31,010 bases of DNA from a virus. Taxonomy: Duplodnaviria; Caudoviricetes. Shown piece by piece: positions 25,271-31,010 of the stretch (its first letter is position 1; every line of letters starts with the position of its first letter). The notes beneath the pieces were generated by a model. The model did no database searches and had not been told where the DNA came from. It saw only the letters and a list, made by a program, of their open reading frames with translations. The DNA lies in IMG/VR virus record IMGVR_UViG_3300020044_003052, positions 1 through 31,010 of that record, one strand, 5' to 3'. The position numbers and the translations under genes are program-made.

Positions 25271-26986
25271 TCAGACCTCAATTGCGGAAGGGGAGTTGTA
25301 ACCGGAGAACATGTTCATTACGTCAGTCAGGGCATTCTGCTGGCCTCCGGTCGGAGCCTGCGCCATGTTCTTGACGGTCTGCGAATTCTGTTGCATGGCA
25401 GCGGCCTGGGCCTGCGCCGCCTGCGCCTTGGCTCGAGCGTCACGAATCACGGCCACATTCTTGTCGGCGATGATGAGGCTAGGGTCCACGCCAAGCATGT
25501 CGCTGTAGATGTCGGCCCACTGGTCGGCATCGAACTTGTCCAGGACATCCGGCTTGAACGCGGCCACCGCGCCCAGGTTTCCAACAAAGCGGTCAACGCT
25601 GTTGGTTCCAATGGCACGCTGCGCCTGGGCAAGCATGGACACAAACTCCACCGACAGATCCATGCCCTGCAACTCCTCAGGGGCAGGAGGAATCAGGCCA
25701 GCAGAAATCATGTGCGTGAACGTGCTGTCAATCAGCGGGTCCAGCAGTTCGTTGTGCAGGCGCTCGAGGACCGGGCCAAGCATCAGCAACTTCTCCTCAT
25801 GCCGCTCAGCCACCTCGGTCGCGGTCATGCGCGTGTCCGTGGCATTGGCAAGCATCAGGAACAGGTCGGCGTAGAACGCACCGCGCACGCGCTCGCGGCA
25901 ATCCTGAATGTCAAACAGCAGATGCTGAAGGTTCAGGTTGACATCAAACGCCGTGCGGATGGGTTGCGAAGTGCCGTCCACGAAGGTGACGCCACCAGGC
26001 AGCATCTCCACATCGCGGTTCTTCATGGAGATCGGAACCTGAAGCGGCGGCTTGGTCTGGTAGTCAATGACCTGCGCCTTGCGGAGCTGCTCATGCTGCA
26101 GCTGCTTGATGTCGCCAAGTGCTTCCATGCCAGGGCTGTTGCCGTAAATGTCTCCGCCGGCGGTCGCCCACCGGGGAACAAGGCACGGGAAATGCTGGAA
26201 ACCGCCGACGCGCAGGAACTTGTCTTGCTCCCCGCCGACCTCAAAATACCACGACCCAAACGGCATGTTCTTGCTGTCGCGCTTCTTGATGTCGCGGTCG
26301 GCACGCGGCTCAATGGCGTGGATGATGGGAATCCACTTGTCCAGGTTGCCGCGGTCATACATGCTCTTGACCGTGTTGGAACAGTTGTCGTAACCAAACT
26401 CCTTCACGATCTCGCCGACGGTCTTTTCAAACTCCCGGTACAGCGTGCAGACGCGGCCCTGATAATCGGTGGCGATGCAGTATTCGCCCGTGGTCACCGG
26501 GTAGTGATGCACCACGTTTTTAAAGTCGGGCAGCATGATGCTCGCCGCCGTGCCGAAGCAGCCCAGTTCCTCGTACATCTGATGCAGGGCGCGATAGGTG
26601 TTCGACCTCTGAAACACCGCCTGCATCCGCTTGGTCACATCGTCCAGCCACATCTTCACGGGCTGGTACGAGTTGAGCTGCGGGTCAGCGGTGGCAAGTC
26701 GAAACCACGGGCGAGCGGGCGAGGTCGCTCCGGCCATCATGCCGGCCCCGAGCGTTCGCAGCGCCCGCGTGCCCGTGTTGTCGTAGATGTTGTTGTGCCG
26801 ACGCCATCCCTTGTCGCGGTCCTGCCGAAAGTAACGGCCGTTGCGCGGAAGGATGTAGGTGGTCAGTTCCTGATAGTGCGCCCACCAGGTGGCGCGTTCG
26901 GTCTTGAGCTGACCCCAGCGGGTGAACAACTGGTCCCGCCTGGGTGCGCCCGGATACGAACCTCCGTCACCTGTGTATTGGCTCAT
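25271..26986 (-). CDS. Portal (head-tail connector) protein
   Basis: TSPARPWFRL, LGCFGTA, VPRW...YGNSPGMEALGDIKQL and MTATEVAERHEEKLLMLGPVLERL. Confidence 0.93.
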   Translation of the reverse strand: MSQYTGDGGSYPGAPRRDQLFTRWGQLKTERATWWAHYQELTTYILPRNGRYFRQDRDKGWRRHNNIYDNTGTRALRTLGAGMMAGATSPARPWFRLATADPQLNSYQPVKMWLDDVTKRMQAVFQRSNTYRALHQMYEELGCFGTAASIMLPDFKNVVHHYPVTTGEYCIATDYQGRVCTLYREFEKTVGEIVKEFGYDNCSNTVKSMYDRGNLDKWIPIIHAIEPRADRDIKKRDSKNMPFGSWYFEVGGEQDKFLRVGGFQHFPCLVPRWATAGGDIYGNSPGMEALGDIKQLQHEQLRKAQVIDYQTKPPLQVPISMKNRDVEMLPGGVTFVDGTSQPIRTAFDVNLNLQHLLFDIQDCRERVRGAFYADLFLMLANATDTRMTATEVAERHEEKLLMLGPVLERLHNELLDPLIDSTFTHMISAGLIPPAPEELQGMDLSVEFVSMLAQAQRAIGTNSVDRFVGNLGAVAAFKPDVLDKFDADQWADIYSDMLGVDPSLIIADKNVAVIRDARAKAQAAQAQAAAMQQNSQTVKNMAQAPTGGQQNALTDVMNMFSGYNSPSAIEV

Positions 26987-26989
26987 TGA

Positions 26990-27325
26990 TTACTGCCCAA
27001 GAAGGGTTGACTTGCCAAGCGAGAGCGTGTTCGGATTGACGCCACCCGTTCCGGTGAGCATCGTGTTCGGAGCGGGCGTGCCAGCATTAGCCATAAGCGT
27101 GGCAACGTCGGCTTCCTTGCGATTGGCTGCGGCCATGGCCTGCTGGCTCGTGCGCTGCTCGCTTGCTGCGCGACCGAGCGCGTCTGCCTGCGCCTTCTTC
27201 TGCTGCTCACGTGCCTTGTTCTGCGCGGCATTTGCGCTGACTGCGCCGTAGGTAGTTGCGCCTGCGCCAGCAGCTGCGGCGGCGGCCATGCCAATCATTG
27301 CAATAGTGACGGGGTCCATTCCCAT
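26990..27325 (-). CDS. Small Ala-rich protein upstream of portal
   Basis: TMLTGTGGV...LGKSTLLGQ C-terminus, typical of pre-portal genes in this phage group. Confidence 0.7.
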   Translation of the reverse strand: MGMDPVTIAMIGMAAAAAAGAGATTYGAVSANAAQNKAREQQKKAQADALGRAASEQRTSQQAMAAANRKEADVATLMANAGTPAPNTMLTGTGGVNPNTLSLGKSTLLGQ

Positions 27326-27326
27326 T

Positions 27327-27764
27327 TCAAATCTCCTTCATCACAACGATGTCGGCGGGCTTGTAGCCACGCTTGGTAAATGCGTCCGCAAGGTTTGTTC
27401 CGGCCCGAGTGTGCCACAGCACGCGGGTTGCCCCGCGCTTTGCGGCTTCGCGCTCGGCGGCAATGATGAGTCGGCCAGCAGTAATTCCGCGATGATCCGG
27501 GCGCACGAACAGCGCATCGTTTGATGCGACTTTGATGGCAGGGTTGTGCATGTGATTCGTAACGGTCATCGTGCAGTACCCAACTATCTCGTCGCCATCA
27601 AATGCCGCAAGAACAAACATCAGGCCAAGATCAACAACAGCCTGGTAGGTTTCCACCGACGGCTTGAACTCAAAGCCAAATCCGGTTTCATCCCAATTCT
27701 GACGCATGAGGTCGGTGATTGCGGGCATGACATCCGCAGGTTCAACGAGCGCAATGCGACTCAT
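27327..27764 (-). CDS. GNAT-family acetyltransferase
   Basis: EIVGY, LFVRPDHRGITAGRLI acetyl-CoA-binding motif, and FTKRGY. The start was moved to ATG 27764 (MSRIAL). Confidence 0.8.
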   Translation of the reverse strand: MSRIALVEPADVMPAITDLMRQNWDETGFGFEFKPSVETYQAVVDLGLMFVLAAFDGDEIVGYCTMTVTNHMHNPAIKVASNDALFVRPDHRGITAGRLIIAAEREAAKRGATRVLWHTRAGTNLADAFTKRGYKPADIVVMKEI

Positions 27765-27771
27765 TGACGGA

Positions 27772-27804
27772 ACCGTACCCCTCGGCTTGCCGCCTATGGG
27801 TCCC
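27772..27804 (-). promoter_or_regulatory. Putative phage late promoter GGGACCCATAG-N16-TACGGT (leaderless)
   Basis: Motif at 27794-27804 and -10 at 27772-27777, then 7 nt to ATG 27764. Confidence 0.75.
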
Positions 27805-29130
27805 TCAAGTGTTCGCATACGGGTCGTATTCCTCTGACTTGTTCTTCTTCACGCGGTCGTAGATGTCGCGTGGCAGCTTCTTGCGCACCGGGAATGCGAA
27901 CGTGAGCGCAAGCGCGTCAGCAATGTCGGGCGAGCCACCGCCCTGGAGTCGCTTCTTGATCTCGTCCTTGGCCTCGAGCATGCGCTTGCCGGCCGCGTCG
28001 TACCAATAGATCGGCGTGGACAGCTCTTGCTTCAGGTCAACGTGGTTGGGGATTGCGCCACCCTGTTCGATCCACTCCTTGATCGACCACCACATTTCCG
28101 TGCGGCGGTTGACAAACAGGTTGGATTGAATTGCCTTGCCGCCGAACGGCACTTCCACGATGTCGTAGTCCAGTTGCCGGAGTCGGTCGATGACGCCTGC
28201 GCCAGCACCGCTGTCGATGAACACGGCGTCCGGGTCCCAGGACTCAATGATGTTTGCCACCCTGGAGGCCAGTTCCATGTTGTCGATGCCGCGGTAAACC
28301 GTTGGGTCAAACGCTTGGATGCCCTGCCGCTTGATGATGACACTGCGGTCATCGCCAAATCGGGCGGGGTCAACACCCAGGATCTTGGGCGCACCGTCAA
28401 TATCCTTGTCGGTATACACGCGCTGCGCTGCAGACTCAGCATCGGCCAAGGAAATCAGCTGGTCATCGCCCGCCGCGCTGAAGTCGCATAGGTACTCGCG
28501 TGCGAACGCCTGCTCGGGCATGTCGCGCTTCAGGCGCAGCACCTCGTCCTTGTCCAGCGCGTCAGTATCGTTGACGGTATAGCGAGCGGCCATCCAATCG
28601 GGCAGACTGCTTGCCCGGTAGAACAGCTCGCTGAACAGGTTGATGCCCGCTGGCGTGCCGATGAACATGGCCCAACCCTTGCGGTCAGACAACGCGGGCT
28701 GAATGATGTCGTTCCAGACCTCTGGCCGGATCTGCGCCACCTCGTCAATGACGCAGCCGTCCAGGCGCACGCCGCGCAGGGCGTCCGGGTTGTCGCCACC
28801 AAACAGGCGGATGGTCGCGCCGTTGTGGGCAAACGTCACGGCCAGGTCGGCCTCGTTGACCTCGAGCGCGGCCACGCTACGCAGGGGTAGCAACTTCTGC
28901 TTCAGCCGCATCCAAGCAATGGCCTTGGCCTGCTTGAGAAACGGGGCAACGTAGACAAAGAACCCCAGTTCCGCCTTGCAACGGACGGCCTTGTCAATCA
29001 GCTCCATGATGGCTAGTTCGGTCTTGCCAGCGCGGCGGTGCAGGGCAAGCACGGTGAAACGCCGCCGGCTGAGGTGACACTGCCGCTGCCACGGCCTGGG
29101 GTTGTAGAGCAGGTCAATTTCTTGGGGCAT
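27805..29130 (-). CDS. terL: Terminase large subunit
   Basis: Walker A HRRAGKT, Walker B CVIDE, motif III IGTP, and RNase H-like GVDPARFGDD and SPDIADALAL. Confidence 0.93.
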   Translation of the reverse strand: MPQEIDLLYNPRPWQRQCHLSRRRFTVLALHRRAGKTELAIMELIDKAVRCKAELGFFVYVAPFLKQAKAIAWMRLKQKLLPLRSVAALEVNEADLAVTFAHNGATIRLFGGDNPDALRGVRLDGCVIDEVAQIRPEVWNDIIQPALSDRKGWAMFIGTPAGINLFSELFYRASSLPDWMAARYTVNDTDALDKDEVLRLKRDMPEQAFAREYLCDFSAAGDDQLISLADAESAAQRVYTDKDIDGAPKILGVDPARFGDDRSVIIKRQGIQAFDPTVYRGIDNMELASRVANIIESWDPDAVFIDSGAGAGVIDRLRQLDYDIVEVPFGGKAIQSNLFVNRRTEMWWSIKEWIEQGGAIPNHVDLKQELSTPIYWYDAAGKRMLEAKDEIKKRLQGGGSPDIADALALTFAFPVRKKLPRDIYDRVKKNKSEEYDPYANT

Positions 29131-29533
29131 CAGGAACGCCCGTCTTAAGGACGATGCTCACGCCGCCCGTGTGGTTCATATCGACGCGCTCGGCCCACCT
29201 AGCGGGGTTCCACATGCGGAGGGTCTTGAGCCGGGTATCGACCTGCAAACGCCTCCAGGCGGCTTGTACGGCGTCCGTAGGCTCCGTGTCGCTCAGGGTC
29301 TTGCACTCCTCAAGCATGGCCTCCTGGCCCTTATCTCGAGCGACCTTGTAAAGTGCGGCAAATTCGGCGTCTTCGTCCTTCCAATCGTGGACGGTGCGGA
29401 CATCCGGGTTGCCCTTTCGCTGCGAGAATTCAAGCAAAGTTCCCCCAGTTGCCAGCCAATCAAGCAACTCCCCGGCCTTGGGGTTATCCATGACACGGCC
29501 ACGGCGCGGTCTACCGACAGGTCGTTTCGACAC
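29114..29533 (-). CDS. terS: Terminase small subunit (Sf6-like)
   Basis: RPVGRP N-terminus, HTH-like PDVRTVHDW..EDAEF..Y..AR, and RLQVDTR. Overlaps terL. The GTG 29533 start is inferred. Confidence 0.75.
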   Translation of the reverse strand: MSKRPVGRPRRGRVMDNPKAGELLDWLATGGTLLEFSQRKGNPDVRTVHDWKDEDAEFAALYKVARDKGQEAMLEECKTLSDTEPTDAVQAAWRRLQVDTRLKTLRMWNPARWAERVDMNHTGGVSIVLKTGVPDAPRN

Positions 29534-29753
29534 GCTTCCAGCGGGTGGGGAACTGGGCGCGGCGTTGGTAGAGGCAGATCTTACGGACAAAGGACCGGGA
29601 GAGTCCGACGAGCTTGGCGATGCGCCTGTAGCCGAGGTTTTCTTCTTCATGGAGTTCCCTGATTTGGTTGACAACGCGGTCGGGAACGCGGGCGCGGTGA
29701 TGGGTTTCACCAACGGGGAGGCCGTGTTCGTTCAGTCCGACCAGGCGGGTCAT
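29511..29753 (-). CDS. HTH DNA-binding protein, 80 aa
   Basis: GETHHRARV...IRELHE...LGYRRIAKLVGLSRSFVRKI. ATGA overlap at 29750-29753. Confidence 0.75.
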   Translation of the reverse strand: MTRLVGLNEHGLPVGETHHRARVPDRVVNQIRELHEEENLGYRRIAKLVGLSRSFVRKICLYQRRAQFPTRWKRVETTCR

Positions 29754-30010
29754 TGACCGGATTCTACCTTTCGCTCGCGCAATACCAGGTCGAAACCTGC
29801 TGCGTTTGCGATCTTCAGGATGGAGTCGAATGCTGGCTTGCGCTTGCCAATGACCGTGCCAGGGGTGCCGAGAAGGCATCGCACGGTGTGTGCGCGAAGG
29901 ACGCCGTTGGCTTCCATTGCCTTGGCAAGACCGGAGCGCGTTGTGCCAGCGGCCTCAAGGTGGTTAGTAACGCTTGCTTTGAACTGATCGTAATCGGTAA
30001 TTTCTACCAT
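29750..30010 (-). CDS. XRE-like HTH protein, 86 aa
   Basis: TRSGLAKAM...KPAFDSILKIANAAGFDLVL. The start is set at ATG 30010. Confidence 0.65.
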   Translation of the reverse strand: MVEITDYDQFKASVTNHLEAAGTTRSGLAKAMEANGVLRAHTVRCLLGTPGTVIGKRKPAFDSILKIANAAGFDLVLRERKVESGQ

Positions 30011-30138
30011 ACGCCAAAGCATATCAAGCCGATGTAGACCACAAACCAAAAACTGGCAATTCCAAGCAAGATGACAATGCCGTCAATGATGCGGTCATGC
30101 AGACGGTAATCGCGGCAGGCGGGGCAGTTGCATTTCAT
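30004..30138 (-). CDS. Small Cys-motif membrane protein, 44 aa (not in ORF track)
   Basis: MKCNCPACRDYRLHDRIIDGIVILLGIASFWFVVYIGLICFGVW. It overlaps both neighbours and fills the gap exactly. Confidence 0.6.
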   Translation of the reverse strand: MKCNCPACRDYRLHDRIIDGIVILLGIASFWFVVYIGLICFGVW

Positions 30139-30407
30139 CGGTCTTTGCTCCACGCGACAAGCTCCTGGATCATGGCGTCAAACCACTTGGGGTCGGGCTG
30201 GCCGGGGGTGCGTTCTTCCATGTACTGCTCGGTGACGGGATGGACAACGCAAACGTGGGTGCGAACGGGTGATACGTTGAAGATAATGCCATCCTCGTCC
30301 ACGGCAATGAACCCAGTGGCAGTGCGGGCAACGGTAAAGCCTTGAGCGCGAAGGTGATCTATAAGCCGGATGCGCTTGTCAAGGATTGCGGGGGTGTTGG
30401 TTCGCAT
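30135..30407 (-). CDS. Hypothetical protein
   Basis: 90-aa ORF in a packed minus-strand chain. Confidence 0.6.
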   Translation of the reverse strand: MRTNTPAILDKRIRLIDHLRAQGFTVARTATGFIAVDEDGIIFNVSPVRTHVCVVHPVTEQYMEERTPGQPDPKWFDAMIQELVAWSKDR

Positions 30408-30603
30408 GTAGTTCTGCCTTTCGGATGTCGGTGATGGTGGCCTGAAGTGCTTCGATGCAGTCGATGATCTTGTAGAGGAATTCAGATTCCTTCTTCAGAC
30501 TTTCGGCATACTCGGCGAATCGCGCTGGCTGACGCTTGGCGATCTTCTCCTTGCGAAGTGCGTGGGCGTGAAGCCTAGCAATGATGCGGTCGGTGTCACT
30601 CAC
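30379..30603 (-). CDS. Hypothetical helical protein
   Basis: GTG start with AGGAGG RBS and GTGA overlap. Confidence 0.65.
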   Translation of the reverse strand: MSDTDRIIARLHAHALRKEKIAKRQPARFAEYAESLKKESEFLYKIIDCIEALQATITDIRKAELHANQHPRNP

Positions 30604-30932
30604 TTGCCGTCCTCCTTGTCCTGAAAATCATCGGGGTAGCACATCACCATTGCATCCGTCCAGTCCTCGCACACCTTGCACATGGCGATGTCGGGACGGT
30701 GAACGAAGTCGCACAGGTGCTTCGGGTTGGCATCGGGAGCCATGTTGTCGCGCATCATGTCTACGACAGCCTTCAGGAGCCGCCTCGCCTCGTCGCGCTC
30801 GGCGCGGAGGCGGGCGATCTCCCGCTCCAGTTCACGGGCAAACTCCACATGAACAACGAATGCCGACCGCAGACCAGTGTCACACGATTGTGTTGCCTCC
30901 GCGTCTGTGCGCGGTGTTTTGGTGTCGTTCAC
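30600..30932 (-). CDS. Hypothetical coiled-coil protein with Cys/His-rich C-terminus
   Basis: TPRTDA...FARELERE..RLRAERDEARR. AGGAGG RBS and GTGA overlap. Confidence 0.65.
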   Translation of the reverse strand: MNDTKTPRTDAEATQSCDTGLRSAFVVHVEFARELEREIARLRAERDEARRLLKAVVDMMRDNMAPDANPKHLCDFVHRPDIAMCKVCEDWTDAMVMCYPDDFQDKEDGK

Positions 30933-31010
30933 TTGGAATCCTCCTCAAACAGGTAGCCCCATCCGAGTTTGTTCGCGTTGACCCTGCCATCGCCGCCCGG
31001 GTACCCCTCC
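30929..31010 (-). CDS. Partial hypothetical protein (C-terminus ...KLGWGYLFEEDSK)
   Basis: Open frame from the window edge to a TGA that overlaps the next GTG. Confidence 0.5.
   Translation of the reverse strand, partial: EGYPGGDGRVNANKLGWGYLFEEDSK

Noticed and set aside
24623-26989. 788-aa plus-strand ORF
   Set aside because: Antisense shadow of the portal gene caused by high-GC codon bias, with no recognisable motifs.
28232-28238. GGGTCCC inside terL as a fourth promoter box
   Set aside because: Only the 7-nt core matches, it lacks the ATAG extension, and it is intragenic.
29534-29713. N-terminal extension of TerS in the ORF track
   Set aside because: It lies inside the HTH gene in another frame and is low-complexity Ser/Pro sequence. 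GTG 29533 is the more plausible start.
1-31010. CRISPR array, tRNA, integrase/att site, stop-codon recoding, intron or intein
   Set aside because: No regularly spaced repeats or cloverleaf seen. Genes are intact under the standard code with all three stops used, and TerL, portal and capsid have normal lengths.

Overview
The window is a 31-kb segment of a GC-rich tailed dsDNA phage or prophage with podovirus-type genes of the T7/BPP-1-like structural family. Nearly all genes lie on the minus strand. Reading from high to low coordinates: small hypothetical and HTH genes, TerS, TerL, GNAT, portal, an inserted ferritin-like gene and a repeat-domain beta protein, Bbp19-like, scaffold, major capsid, cement, tail tubular A and B, three internal virion proteins (the last is a 2388-aa polyvalent protein), two beta-helix tailspikes, a lectin-like fibre and small membrane/lipoprotein genes. 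These converge at a hairpin on plus-strand recombination-type genes (Gp157). The main observations are: (1) an exact 11-mer GGGACCCATAG occurs three times, each just after a stop codon and exactly 16 nt before a TANNNT -10 box, suggesting a phage-specific late promoter, leaderless at two sites; (2) the giant protein carries AT-rich ParB-like and ADP-ribosyltransferase-like cassettes delimited by [LF][ED]QAA linkers; (3) a 36-bp degenerate direct repeat brackets the second tailspike; (4) no endolysin is recognisable in the window. All family calls come from motif recognition by eye, not database searches.
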